A stretch of DNA of 64,000 nt from positions 15,624,001-15,688,000 of the forward strand of contig CM119384.1 in assembly GCA_051294905.1 (NCBI GenBank), read 5' to 3'. This document shows positions 12,840-24,832 of this stretch, one piece after another (the stretch's first letter is position 1; every line of letters begins with the position of its first letter). The position numbers and the translations under genes were made by a program. The notes under the pieces are model-generated. The model saw only the letters and a list, made by a program, of their open reading frames with translations. It did not search any database and was not told the origin of the DNA. This DNA comes from Botryllus schlosseri (taxonomy: Eukaryota).

Positions 12840-15127
12840 CTATATCATGATATGTATACATTGTATAGTTACAAATATCAATTACAATATTCGCTCTTAT
12901 GGAAGCTAAACAGCGATTATCAATTTTCTCCTTCAAGTTACCAGCATTTACCAACAACAAAACGGAGAATACGGGAAATTGATCGCTGGCTTACAAGTTT
13001 TGCTTCAAAATCCATATTTAATGTGGATTTTGAAGCAAAACTTGTAAGCCACTTGTAGCTGATGTATAGCGAACCACAAAATCAGGGAGTGGCGAAGCTG
13101 GATTGTGGCGCTCAAAATCGATACAAAGTTTCAACATGACACTTCAATTTTTTTCGCGGTCCACGAGATGAACCATTGCACGACAAATGTTTATTTGGAT
13201 ATGCTGATAACGATGCGGAGCCAATAGCATGTACGCAGCCGCACATCTCGTAACCTATTACCTGAAATTAATGGTCTTCTCGCGAGTAATGTGAAATGGC
13301 TCTGACTATGCTTTCTTCTGCTGATCGCATGCGTTCATAACTAAAGTCTCATGTTACAACAGAATAATCTTGACGCCTGGTTATTACATCAAGCGACCGA
13401 AACGAAGTTTCGCGCTAATGCATAACTTAATAAGTACCGTGACGTGACCAAGCCAGGCCATTGACTAATCCTTTTCCATTCAACGCTTCGATCATCTGCT
13501 GCAAGGATCAATGCAATTAATCGCAACGTCGAAACAGCGCTGGCTATCAGACGAACGGCTTTACGTCACTCCTGTCGATCAATAGACGATTGCAATATCA
13601 TATTTTATTAGGACAGGTCATGCGCGAGATATCAAAGAATAAATAGAACAGCGCATCGTGGATCAACGTACGGTAACGGCATACCGTGAAAATAGGCAGT
13701 GAATATGGTTTCCCGAAACAGGAAACAATTTACCCCACGATCGTCACTTGAACTATACCCGTACCCGTCTTGTGACGCATTCATCGAACTGCCGTCGAAT
13801 AGCAGCTGTGTAACTTTGTGGCGCGAAAATAAAAGCTGGTAATTTACAGAGTTGGATTTACAAAAATATATAAGTACGATATTTGACACGAGTAAAACCA
13901 CATACGTAATGCCAGGGGCGGTTAACAACGAAGAACTTGTTCCTTTGCAAAGTACTCGAAGAGGGTTTTATCTATCCAAACCCCACTACTTATACTCAAG
14001 TACTAAAGTTCTTAGGCTAGGTCCTATACCTAAACATTATTTGAAGTCGAACTACGCAATTTAGGATTATTCCAATTTGTCAAGCGCAAAGTGGTATATC
14101 GTAAGTAGTATAGTAAATACTTCATTATTTCTCAGACCTTGGTTCTGTAGTCTGTAACCGTACTTGAAATTGAGCAGAAGTTTACGACATCAGTTTTAAT
14201 TGTACTTGGTACGAAAAACTACATTGACCACAGCTGCAAAATAATCAATGCGTTATAAATTATCACATTAATGGATCCGGGGCGTGCGCCGATGGAATAT
14301 ATGAAATTCCCGTTACAGGATCGAGACTAGAAAAAGAGAAAGGACATGTTATCAAAGAAAGTTGCAAAACGGGTGTCTGGTGTTCCACGCCGATAAATGC
14401 CCGCGAAATACACATTCGCAAGTGCACGTTGTATGTGAGGTACGGGTTGGCATAATGATACAGAGTTGGGCGTCTTGGGAGCTGTCTTCGACTTATAGCA
14501 CGGCCCACTTGCGCCCCAGATTTTTTGTAAGACACTGCTTATGCAGATCGGCGGGCGAGCAGGAGCCTAGATTAACCTCCAAAAACTTAGTAAGGGATCC
14601 TGGACTCGAATCCACGTTCCATTTGTGTCGCAATGGTGCAGAGTACCACCACGCTAATCGTAGTGCGGTGCCGCGAGCTATTTACCCCTATGAGAGGGTG
14701 CCATGAGGTCGAAAAGGTTGAGAACCACCGTTCTTGGGAGATGACACAATTTTTACAACACAACCTGGGTTGCCTAAGATCTACTCTTTTTTTACAGTCT
14801 TATAATATAACCAAATTGTCCTTAGTCTGTCGCATTTTCGGCAACGAGGCCGCGATAAGGGCTGGGCGGAAGTATCAACCTTGTTTTTTGTCATCAGTTT
14901 ACCAAAAAGGACCGTGAACCAGGTGAGTTAAGATCTGGCAAAAGTATTATTTTTTCAGTCATCAGTTTACAAATTTACTTATAGTTCTTGATTGTCCTTT
15001 GTTTTTGATCCATGACCACGGCAACCATGCTTCCCGTGGTTGTTACAACGCCGTAGAATCGCCATGTCAAACCGCAGTAGAAACACTGTTCCCTGGCCTG
15101 CCATCCCCGACACTATACCATTCCACT

Positions 15128-16177
15128 TCACTTCTTTTTCTTTGCGGCGGCGTCCTTGTCAGACGAGGTCTTGCGTATCCGGACGGAGCGCCTTAATCGA
15201 TTAGCTGCCAGTTCCGCAACAGACACCACTTTAGCGGCCGGGGTATTTTCCGAATTTTTCACCGCCGACTCGACTGATTTCCCAGCTTTCGGCACGCCGC
15301 CGGACCGTGTCTTTCTTGGCAGCACAGGGCCAGTGCTTTCGCTGTTTTGCTTTTCATCGGACTTCTCGGCGGTGGCAGTAATCATGGCAGGAAAGACGCT
15401 TTGAACGGGGCTGACCTCCGTTTTGGGTACCGGCGGATTCTCTACGTCTTGAAATTCCATATTAACATGGTCGTTTTCTTCGGTAGTTGTCGAATAGAAC
15501 AGTTCTTCCGGTAACATTTCGATCGGGTCGCTTGTGGAAAATGAGGTGTCGCTTTTGCCGATATGCTCTGTTACATCGTCAGCATCACCAGGATCGGGCA
15601 AGATCGCGTTTTCGGCGCTGTCTGGCTCGCTTTCTTCACTACTCTCGACATCGTCTGCGATATCTGTTTTGATGGCGGTCAACGCAGTTTCGACTTGATT
15701 GCCAGTCATTATTATGTTTAGGGTTGAGGAATTTTCGACCTCGGGCTCACAGGGTGGCTCGATTTCTGGCAATTGCCGCTCGATATCTGTCTCTGGTGCC
15801 GTGGGTAGAGGAGAGTCTTGAACTGCAATCTGTGACTCCTTTTCGGCTTCTTGTTCAAAGTCATTATCGGCTTTTTGTACGAAGTCGTTATGGGTTTCCT
15901 TTACGAAGTTATTTTCAGGTTCTTGTTCGATGTCTTTTTCGTCTTCTTTTACAAGGTCGCTTTCGGATTCCATTATGAAGTCTTCTCCAGCCTCTTGTTG
16001 CAAGTCGTTTTCGACTTCTCCTACGGAGTCATTTTCGGATTCTTTTGTGAAGTCGTTTTCGCCATCTCTTACAAAGTCTTTTTCGGCTTCTTTTTCTTTC
16101 GTGAAGTCTTTTTCGGCTTCTGTTACGCACTCTACTTCGAATTCTTTTTCGGCATCGTCTCTTATGGGGGCCTCAAC
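15128..16177 (-). CDS. C2H2 zinc-finger gene, terminal exon (acidic 8-aa repeat; basic NLS-like C-terminus RRSVRIRK...AKKKK*)
   Basis: Acceptor ttttcgcag at 16178; 1050 nt open, phase 0, extending ORF 15128..16003 upstream (VEAPIRDDAEKEF...). Confidence 0.85.
   Translation of the reverse strand, partial: VEAPIRDDAEKEFEVECVTEAEKDFTKEKEAEKDFVRDGENDFTKESENDSVGEVENDLQQEAGEDFIMESESDLVKEDEKDIEQEPENNFVKETHNDFVQKADNDFEQEAEKESQIAVQDSPLPTAPETDIERQLPEIEPPCEPEVENSSTLNIIMTGNQVETALTAIKTDIADDVESSEESEPDSAENAILPDPGDADDVTEHIGKSDTSFSTSDPIEMLPEELFYSTTTEENDHVNMEFQDVENPPVPKTEVSPVQSVFPAMITATAEKSDEKQNSESTGPVLPRKTRSGGVPKAGKSVESAVKNSENTPAAKVVSVAELAANRLRRSVRIRKTSSDKDAAAKKKK
15827..16156 (-). repeat. Coding 24-bp/8-aa tandem repeat, about 13 units, consensus E-x-E-[NK]-D-F-x-x
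   Basis: Units: DAEKEFEV, EAEKDFTK, EAEKDFVR, DGENDFTK, ESENDSVG, EVENDLQQ, EAGEDFIM, ESESDLVK, EDEKDIEQ, EPENNFVK, ETHNDFVQ, KADNDFEQ, EAEKESQI. Confidence 0.85.
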
Positions 16178-16672
16178 CTGCGAAAATTGAAATCATTGTC
16201 GACATAACACATCTTACATGAATTACACAAGCCTACTTCTTCGACACAATCAGTATTGAGTTGCGATGGAATCAAGTAGATGGATAGGGACAAATCCGGG
16301 CCAAAACTAAAATACTGTGTGTAAAATGTAAAGTTAGGTGTTCCCAATTAATTTTCGATGAAAAGGAAGATCGGTTTGAGGATTCATGTGTAAGTTTGCT
16401 TCTTCAAATCCTGTCCGGGAGCAATGCCAACAAAGCTTTGAAGCATTAATCATTAATTTATAACATCATATTTGATCCATTGTACCCAGTCATTGTTGAG
16501 TTTTTGTGACTTTAACCTTTAAAATAATCCCGTCTCATCAATAACGTTCCATAAAGCGTACTACATCAACGCCAAGGGCACTCATTATCATACCATTTCA
16601 CCTATTTCGCCACACTTGGTTGGCAAATATGCAGTGCTCATTAATGCAATTGCTCTATAAGAAATTACATAC

Positions 16673-16804
16673 CATTTCTTCGTCTTGACTTGGCGGCTCA
16701 ACACTATTCTGGTCATCCACAAGTTCTTCTACTTTCTCATCACACGCGCTGAGTTTGTCACTAACAACAGCGCAGTCGCGTGGTTCCGACGGCTCGGTAA
16801 CTTC
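16673..16804 (-). CDS. Zinc-finger gene internal exon (EVTEPSEPRDCAVV...SQDEEM)
   Basis: tttttgtag acceptor, gtatgt donor, 132 nt, phase 0/0, no stops. Confidence 0.8.
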
Positions 16805-17167
16805 CTACAAAAACACGACACAAGATTCTAAACTGTTGGTCGTCGGAATGAAATTACACAAATTCTCATGCCATAAATGTTAATCAGTCAAGTTAAATCG
16901 GGAAGAGCTAATCCGAGCAAACAAGCAATACATACAGCACATCATATCGCATGTTAATTTGCTTCCAGTAATTGTACAAGTACGAAAAATAGATAATAGT
17001 TGCATGGAAGCGAAAAATTCCAAATACTTGAATCTTGCCACAGCTACATTCAATCAAGTGAAATCTTCAATTAAACCGTTTATCCGTTTATTTTATTCGC
17101 GTGGTGGCAGCCGAAATCAATTAAGATTTGGTTGTACCGTTAATTCGATTTTGAGTGTATTACACAC

Positions 17168-17275
17168 CATATCGGTTTTGTCGGCGCCGTCTGCCAAAGT
17201 TTCCGGCTCTGGAGAGCTTGTTGTGGTCAACCGCATTGGTCCGTCCTGTTCAACCAAAGTCCAGTACTTTTTGTG
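17168..17275 (-). CDS. Zinc-finger gene internal exon (HKKYWTLVEQDGP...DKTDM)
   Basis: tgtttcag acceptor, gtgtgt donor, 108 nt, phase 0/0. Confidence 0.75.
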
Positions 17276-17821
17276 CTGAAACATACAGTAGCCTAAGTTG
17301 ACCATGTGCGCTGGTATTTTTGGCGAAACCACAAAAAATGCAGTTTTTACCAGCGCTGTGGTGTCGGAGTTTATGAGTCACAGAAAGTTGGGTAAGCACA
17401 TAGGCTACTGGATGGAGTCGAACTTAGCTAAAATGTTCCGACTCTGACTACTTTCAAATAGAACTAAATGTTCTCAGATGTGGCTAAGACGTGCCATTGC
17501 AGTTATATTTCACATTTCACAAACCAAATTTCTTTCCTCAGGCACAAATTCCTTCAAATTCGAAAATGTAGGATTATTCACTTGGGAATAACAATAACCA
17601 AAAATGCAATAAACCTATAATTCTCTGACTATATTTACAGGAATGTAATGACATGAGTCGGAGTTCTGTGAAGAAAATATTAGAAGCCGAAGTGTTTAAA
17701 GTTCCATAGTCGGGGTTGGTAAGTTGAAATATTTGAAGGCCCTGGCAAAGTGAGCTAACTCTACATCTACTACCCTGGTTTATTAGGAAAGTTAAAGACG
17801 GAAAGTATTTTACTGGCATAC

Positions 17822-17976
17822 CTCGGACCCGGACGATTTGATGACTCTCAATTTCAGTTTCTTGATCAATTTCCTCGACGACGCGTCCCCCTCGTCGCTA
17901 AGCGAGTCACCGGGGTTAGAGTCGTTGCTGCAGGTGCGTTTCAGTCCACGTTTCGGATTAGAAGGAGCATCGTCGT
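17822..17976 (-). CDS. Zinc-finger gene internal exon (DDAPSNPKRGLKRTCS...KKLKLRVIKSSGSE)
   Basis: attctag acceptor, gtatgc donor, 155 nt, phase 1/0, consistent with neighbouring exons. Confidence 0.8.
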
Positions 17977-18798
17977 CTAGAATATGCAATTTGAAAATTG
18001 ATGAGACTGTTATGGCTGATATTTAGTCGCGAAATGCAGTAGATCAGAGGTGGTGAGTTTATTTGGTAATCGAATGTAAAATAATAAGTGAAATAATGCA
18101 TCCAGGAAGTATAGCGAGTGACAAAATAGCAAGTGTCATAATAGCGACGCATTCAAAAGTGAGAGTGTTGAAATTAGGATTTAGTTTATGGATCAGTTTA
18201 GCTTGCCTTACTGTTAGGAGTTTGGTTAGGGTTGGTAGTGAGGATAGAACTAAAATTTAGGCTTATGGTTGACACTGTGGTTTTTAACATTAATAACATG
18301 CAAAACCCTTACGCTAATCTACAAGCTTTCGCAGCACCTCAAAATACATTACACACATAATACATTACTAAATAGTACTTCATTAGAAGGTTCAAGTGGG
18401 CACTCAGAGAGGTCAATGGAGGTCATAAAATTTATTAGGAGGACCTAATTTGACCAAGCCCCTATTTAGATTAGCAATACAGAAGCAGATTACTTGCTTT
18501 ATCACATCCCCCATATTTGCAACAAATTAAAAATCCGAAAAATAAATTACCATTCGACAACACATTTTCCTCGCCCGGGTGAGCCTGGGTGTGCCTTCGA
18601 TTCACGAGCTTCCCAGTGAACTGAAAGCCTTCGAATATTTCTGATTTTGGGGTCAAATTTTCATTCGTTCCACTTGAAGTCGGGTTGCACTTGACAAGAT
18701 CTGAAAATACAGTCGAGATCAATACAACACATATACCGCTGTGCACGCTGCACTGATTTAGTATTGTCGCATCAAAGTACACAGACAAGTTACCATAC

Positions 18799-18877
18799 CC
18801 ATAGGTATAGATTCGGGCGCTATTTCAGGCTTCTGATCGTCGGCAGAAGTATTCCGTAAATTCTCGGCGACGTGTGA
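18799..18877 (-). CDS. Zinc-finger gene internal exon (SHVAENLRNTSADDQKPEIAPESIPM)
   Basis: tctttttcag acceptor, gtatgg donor, 79 nt, phase 0/1. Confidence 0.75.
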
Positions 18878-19349
18878 CTGAAAAAGAATCAGGAAAAAAG
18901 GTAAATTATATTTGGCATCTTGAAATATCAAATGTTTGATCATATCGCTACTGCATGAGCTCGTGTATGGACTCGGAACATAATTTCCTTATCGATTATT
19001 GGTTAACGACAAAGGACTTCTGAGAAAGGCTACTATTGGTAATTGGAATGCAACTGCTGCTTGATGGCTTGCAATGTTTTGACACAGAATTCACCTATCG
19101 AGTCAGAAGTAGACTACTACAAAATCTTGTCACATGCACAACGTCAATAGAACATGTTACAGTATAATCTCTATTATTTCTGGTATTGAATATGTACTTT
19201 TTACCGAAGTGCCACAAGCACTTTAACAGACAATCATTCAAAAAACCCAATCACTTATGTAATTTAACGCTGAGCTGGTAGCAGTATTTTTCACCGAACA
19301 GCGCGAACACTGTCCCGAAATCTATCGAAATGTGGAAAGCGATATATAC

Positions 19350-19477
19350 CTCGACGCTGGTGTCGCCATCTTGAACCTTTGTCACGTTAGATTCGCTTAC
19401 GTCGTGGTTGGACTCCAAACCAGGAGTCATGGTCAATTTTTCTCTGTCGCTAATCTCTTCATGTGACGGCTCTGGTT
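19350..19477 (-). CDS. Zinc-finger gene internal exon (EPEPSHEEISDREK...DGDTSVE)
   Basis: tattttgcag acceptor, gtatat donor, 128 nt, phase 1/0. Confidence 0.8.
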
Positions 19478-19719
19478 CTGCAAAATACGCAATAAGCAAG
19501 TCATCATCAGAAAGGATCTCTGCGTGCGATACCTACTTTGTTTTTGCGACACAATTCAAGAGATTCATGGAGGTACAGAACTTCAATATACATAAGTATA
19601 TTGATATTGAAATGAACCTGAATATTTTTGGCCCTGACGGATGCCAGCAGAAAACATTCGGGTTCAATCCAATGGGAATATGCTTTTCAATCATTACGGT
19701 TCAGTCACGATATTCCTAC

Positions 19720-19797
19720 CTCGTTTGACAGTTTCTTTTGGATGTTCGCTGTGTTCCAAATCGCCACGTTTTGGATAAGACGATCGCATGGACGATG
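19720..19797 (-). CDS. Zinc-finger gene internal exon (SSMRSSYPKRGDLEHSEHPKETVKR)
   Basis: cactgttgcag acceptor, gtagga donor, 78 nt, phase 1/1. Confidence 0.7.
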
Positions 19798-20149
19798 CTG
19801 CAACAGTGGGAAACAACATAAGTATAGATACAGCAATCTCCATTGCGCATGAAAAGCAATGAAACGTTTGAAAACAGTATTGTGGTATAGGTGCCGTTTT
19901 TTAACTGAAGGAGCCTGATATCAAATTGAAACAGGAGCAAAGCACAACAAATGTAACTAACGTACATTGCAAAGTAAATGTAGAAAAGAAGGAAGTACGT
20001 CAAAAATATCTACAGATGTTATGAATAAGGACAATTTAGTTTATAAGAGTAGTTTCAATAGTGATATGTCGTGGACCTCTTGTTAAGACCCCCTGCACTA
20101 GTAGCGCACTGGATACCGCTATAATAATAACAAATTTATCAGCACTCAC

Positions 20150-22266
20150 TCAGATTTAGCATCTCAAACATCCCTGATCCGGCATCCACTTTTTGCGTCA
20201 TCGCTTGATTCCTAACCCCGACATCGGCCGTTCCTGGGATGAACCGCGGCACCCTAGGTTTAATTGACCCGGGGGCCATCGCAAAATGCTTGTCACGACC
20301 CCTTGACCTGTCGCTGCTAATCTTTTTGATATAAGACGAGATGCTCTGGCTGGTTTTGTAAGCGGCCGAATTCCTGTCGAAAGCCTCGCTTTTGGCGCGC
20401 TTGACACAATCGTTGGCAGGTTCGTTATGCAGGGACTGCTGCGCCTTTTTAATGCATCTATTCATCATATCTCTATCATCGAATATGTCCCATCTGTCAA
20501 ACGGTGATGGCCCTTGAGATTTTTTCATTGCGAGTCTCTGTATCGAAGACGGTATCGGTCTGGGGTCATCTTTCCACGTTGACTTCTGAATCATGTCCGC
20601 TGACCAATCGGCTTTTGGCAGAATCGGCCTTAAATTACCCGAACTGGGACTCGATTGGTCAAAATGAGCGAAACGCGGGTCTCTGCGTTGGTCCGGATGC
20701 CAGTTATGATTGGGCCGGCGAGCGGGATAGGATGGTAAACTGTCCCGGGCGTGTGTATATCTCGGTGTCGCCATCGCATGCTGACTATAATGTGAGCCGT
20801 GCGAAAAATGTTTGTGCTGCATCTGACCTGGCATGATTTTATCAGTCATGTACGGTCTTGGGTCGTCTTGCGTGGGAGGAGGGAGGTACGCGTTTGTCGG
20901 TGTGTACCCACGTCGACCCATTAGCGACCCACCTCGCGGCATAGGGTACGGATGGTCCCAGTAAGATCGGAAACTTTGCTGCATCCTGCCCTTACTGTCA
21001 ATCACAACCGGACCACGTGGGACAGGCGGTTTAAAATCGACGCAATGGAATTTATAAGGCTTGCCAGGTTTGGACGACGTAGGCCGGCCGTGTATTATAT
21101 CTCTTCGGTGGTCTATTGCTGCATGGGATGGCTGGCAGGCGTCCCGGTCTATGTATTTTTGTCGACCGGCCCACGGGGGAATTTCTTCAGGAAAAGGCCG
21201 AGAGTAAGGCTCGGGGTAACGTCGGTCTGAAAACACGGCTGCGTTTTTGCGTGGTTCCACTTTAACGCGAGGGGGGTTTTGCACTGGGGGTCGTGGACCT
21301 TGGTTATCCACATGGGGCTTTGACTTGGTGACACTGTCCCGGGTCTTCTGGCTGAAATCCAGCACCCCGTCGTCTCTCACGACGTAGCCCGGGGTGTCTC
21401 GTTTGCACTGGACGCGGAGATCAAGGGGGGCGTCGTTTTCGCCCCAATTCTTATCGGACGGGACATCGGTTGCATTCTCGTTTTTGGGCTCCGGGGAGAA
21501 CCCCGGGTCACGCCGCGAAAAATATGCAGCAGCCGGTAGATGCTCATTGGACCGTTCGATCGTAAAGTGTTTCATGTTGTATTTGAGCTTTCGGTTGGCT
21601 GAATTTGAGTCCCGCACCGGGACAGTCCGGTCTAATATCGCGTTTTGTGGCACGTCACATCTTCTTGAGCTGTAACACTGCGACAAGAAAGTCTCAATTC
21701 GCGAGGTGTCCTGGCGCTTTTCGGGCGCGCCGGATTGACGACGGTCGCCAGACCCGGGCCTGGCATGGTAAGGCGCAGACCGCTGTGATAAATTGGCAAA
21801 TTGGTTCATTTTGACTGATGTCTCTCTCATATTATCTTCAGTACGACACGACGAGCTTAAACGCCCGTATCTCTCCCGGTTTGCGAATACTCCGTACTCC
21901 GTTTTCCTTTGCTCCACGTTAGACCGCGGACGCGTCCCGGTAGCCAGTACTTTCCGGTATATCCCACCTACCGTCCCAGGCTCTTTTTCAGGTCGTGATC
22001 CCACTTTTCGGATGTGTTGCTTGTAGTTATCGGGTATCATGCTTTTGTGTTTTGGAATTTCACGTGGGGTGTCGTCTTCTTTCACGGGGACGTGCTGTAC
22101 GCTGCTGGGTTTTCGTTTGTTCCGTTTTGGGGACGTGGAATTGTTAGGCGAGGTCGTGTCGGCGAAAATTTGATTGCCAAACTCTTCTAGTTGTGAAATC
22201 GGTTCTTTTTCGGGGGTTACCAGTAACGGAGAGTCCATATTTTCTGGCGAAACTGACTTTTCAGCA
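20150..22266 (-). CDS. Zinc-finger gene, giant 2117-nt internal exon encoding a Pro/Arg/Ser-rich, probably disordered region with PLDLR and VLDFS motifs
   Basis: Lies within ORF 20139..22358; gttcacag acceptor at 22267 (phase 2), a|gtgagt donor (phase 1). Phases fit both flanking exons. Confidence 0.9.
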
Positions 22267-22679
22267 CTGTGAACACAATACAAATGTGGCGTTAATGTTT
22301 TGAGAATAATTTGTGCCGGAAAATGACATCGACAAGTAAATTGACATGACAGCTGCAACGCAATAGTGGCAGTATGTAGGATGATTGAAAGACTGCTCTA
22401 AGTCGTTTTGATATTTTGATCTTTGCATGGTATCACCATAGTGTCCTATATGGTGTCGACACAGGCAAATCTCACGCCTCAGTGAAATTGTATCACGTCA
22501 CAATTTCCATTTGGCTACAGGCAATTTGACAGTCATTTTTGACCAGCTTGCCGAGCATTAAATTTGGTAAAACAGGTATCAATCGAAAGCTGACTCTGCA
22601 CTGATTACGAAAATATAAATCTTATTCCGCTCGTGGCCCTGGAACTTTCACAATCAGCCTCGAATTTTTCTTTGTTATA

Positions 22680-22779
22680 GAGATTGGCATTGGGACGCAA
22701 CAATGCTGTCTGGCAAAACGAGAGAGTAGCTCAAGAGAAAAAGAGCCAGACAGCATTGTTGCATCCCAATGCCAATCTC
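22680..22779. repeat. Small inverted repeat (35-bp arms, one mismatch, 30-nt loop)
   Basis: gagattggcattgggacgcaacaatgctgtctggc ... gccagacagcattgttgcatcccaatgccaatctc. Confidence 0.85.
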
Positions 22780-23211
22780 CATATTAAGAATGAAAAATGC
22801 CAGGAGTTTAGATAGCTGGTGGACGAGCGCCCTCTCTAGTTATTCAACACAAAGGCGTTACAACAACACAAACTAATTTACTTATCTCACAAATCTTGAT
22901 CTAATCTCCCACGTTGGTCATACAACACAATGCAAGCACAAGCAACTCTTCACTGTTTGAATAAACAGTAGAAAAGAAAACTAGATGTACATGCTGGGTC
23001 TACATCATAATCTGCACTCAATGTTTTGCAAAGGCTAGGAAAGTAATGTGAGCAGCAAAGGAAGCAGGGTACTTCATGAACATGATGAATAGGCTATATC
23101 TGTCTAGCTGAGAAAAACTAATTTCCTCTGATATTATTACTAGGAAGTACACTTCAATTTCAATGGACTACTGCCAGGAGCTGCTGCTCAGGGAAACAAG
23201 TTAATATACAG

Positions 23212-23524
23212 CAGTGGTTTCCAACCTGGGGGGCGTGCCCCTCTTGTGGGGGCGTGAAAGCATCTGAGAGGGGCGCGAAGAAACGGTCAACTGAAAAAAA
23301 ATTACCTCCGCGATTTACCTCCAATTCACGCGTGTTTGTCTATATATAGACCGAATTTCATATTCTTTAATTCTCTCATCAACAGTTATAACCTTCCATG
23401 CCATCAAACAATCGGTTGAGGTTGCTAGCATCCCGGTTGGATTTTGTGATATGACGATAAGGAGGGCGGGAAATTTTTCACTATCATAAAGGGGACGTGT
23501 CTAAAAAAAGGTTGGGAACCACTG
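23212..23524. mobile_element. hAT/Charlie-like MITE (TIR CAGTGGTT[T/C]CCAACC)
   Basis: TSD ATATACAG/ATCTACAG (7/8). Confidence 0.85.
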
Positions 23525-23666
23525 ATCTACAGTATCAGTAGATGATATTTCATTCAAAGAATAACAAAATGCTAGTGAATGCTAGAAAAGAATGTGCATA
23601 ATTACAATGTACTACAGCTGTGTATACGCTGTGTGTCTCATACAGATTGATCAGTAAATATCTTAC

Positions 23667-23823
23667 TTTATTTTGCTCGCAAGTCTCTGAACAATACTAC
23701 TCAATTTCGAATGTTTTCCAGGTTTGATCTCCTTCTTGACTGGCGTTGCAGTTGAAGTTGAACAAATTTCGTCTTTTACAGACTCCTGGCCTTCAGTTGA
23801 GTCATTTGCCTTCAATGGTCCAT
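23667..23823 (-). CDS. Zinc-finger gene internal exon (DGPLKANDSTEGQESVKDE...IVQRLASKI)
   Basis: Strong donor aa|gtaaga (phase 2). The phase-1 acceptor needed for frame is a weak AAG, so the 5' boundary is uncertain. Confidence 0.65.
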
Positions 23824-24183
23824 CTTCACCCATTGAAATAGACATAAAAAGCAAGGTATAAACCTGAACATAATGTTTCTGTATGGTATACAACAGTGAT
23901 ATTAAAGATGGTGGTGTTATCTTCTCCACCAACTGCTATTTCCAGGTGTTGTTGATTCTGGATTAGCTAGCTAAACCAGGCCCTAAATACTGAGAGGAGG
24001 TCACAAATAACTACTTCAACTACAATTCACATGGGCAGCAAGTTTGCAGTAATTCAGATTGGAATACCTGACTAACATTCCTGGATCAGTTTGTGAGTAA
24101 GGTTCTGAAATTTCAAATCTAGCTTCATGATAATATTTATCTACATAATAACACAAAACGGCAAATTGCAGGCCTCCTCAATA

Positions 24184-24832
24184 GGGCTCTTCAAAAATGA
24201 CTTTTTCTCTCAAATCGTACTGGCTACTTGATAAAATTGTTACGTTACCTAATTTAAGCCTACACACAAAATTTGGTTCAATTCCAGCCAGTAACCGCTT
24301 TGCTACAGGAGAAGTAAATTTCTATTTATTATATAAAAATAAATAATGAAAAATTTGAAAATTTTCTGTTCACCCCATGAAAGTGTTAGGCTGTCTATAG
24401 AAACAATGCTGACCAAATTTGGTTCAATTCCAACCAGTGGAAGCGGAGTTATTGCCGTCGAAAAATTTTGATTTGAATAAAATAGTATTTACGGTGAGCA
24501 CAATAAACAAAGAATCGGACACCGTAAATACTATTTTATTCAAATCCAAATTTTTCGACGGCAACAACTCCGCTTCCACCGGTTGGAATTGAACCAAATT
24601 TGGTCAGCATCGTTTCTATAGACAGCCTAACACTTTCATGGGGTGAACAGAAAATTTTCAAAATTTTTATTATTCATTTTTATATGATAAATAGAAACTT
24701 TCTTCTCCTGTAGCAAAGCGGTTACTGGCTGGAATTGAACCAAATTTTGTGTGTAGGCTTAAATTAGGTAACCTAACAATTTTATCAAGTAGCCAGTACG
24801 ATTTGAGAAAAAAAGTCATTTTTGAAGAGCCC
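24184..24832. mobile_element. Foldback (palindromic) element with 313-bp arms and a 23-nt spacer, TA-flanked
   Basis: 24184-24496 is a near-perfect reverse complement of 24520-24832; ta|gggctcttcaaaaatg...catttttgaagagccc|ta. Confidence 0.9.

Noticed and set aside
15851-16207. Hydrophobic + strand ORFs (MFKVIIGFLYEVV..., MSFSSSFT...) resembling membrane proteins
   Set aside because: They are antisense shadows of the acidic 24-bp coding repeat on the minus strand.
18150-18270. ttagg/ttaggg-rich patch as an interstitial telomere or Helitron-type remnant
   Set aside because: Too degenerate; no regular (TTAGGG)n and no identifiable termini.
20198-22026. Multiple overlapping ORFs of 60-110 aa
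   Set aside because: These are alternative or antisense frames of the GC-richer giant exon; no independent motifs.
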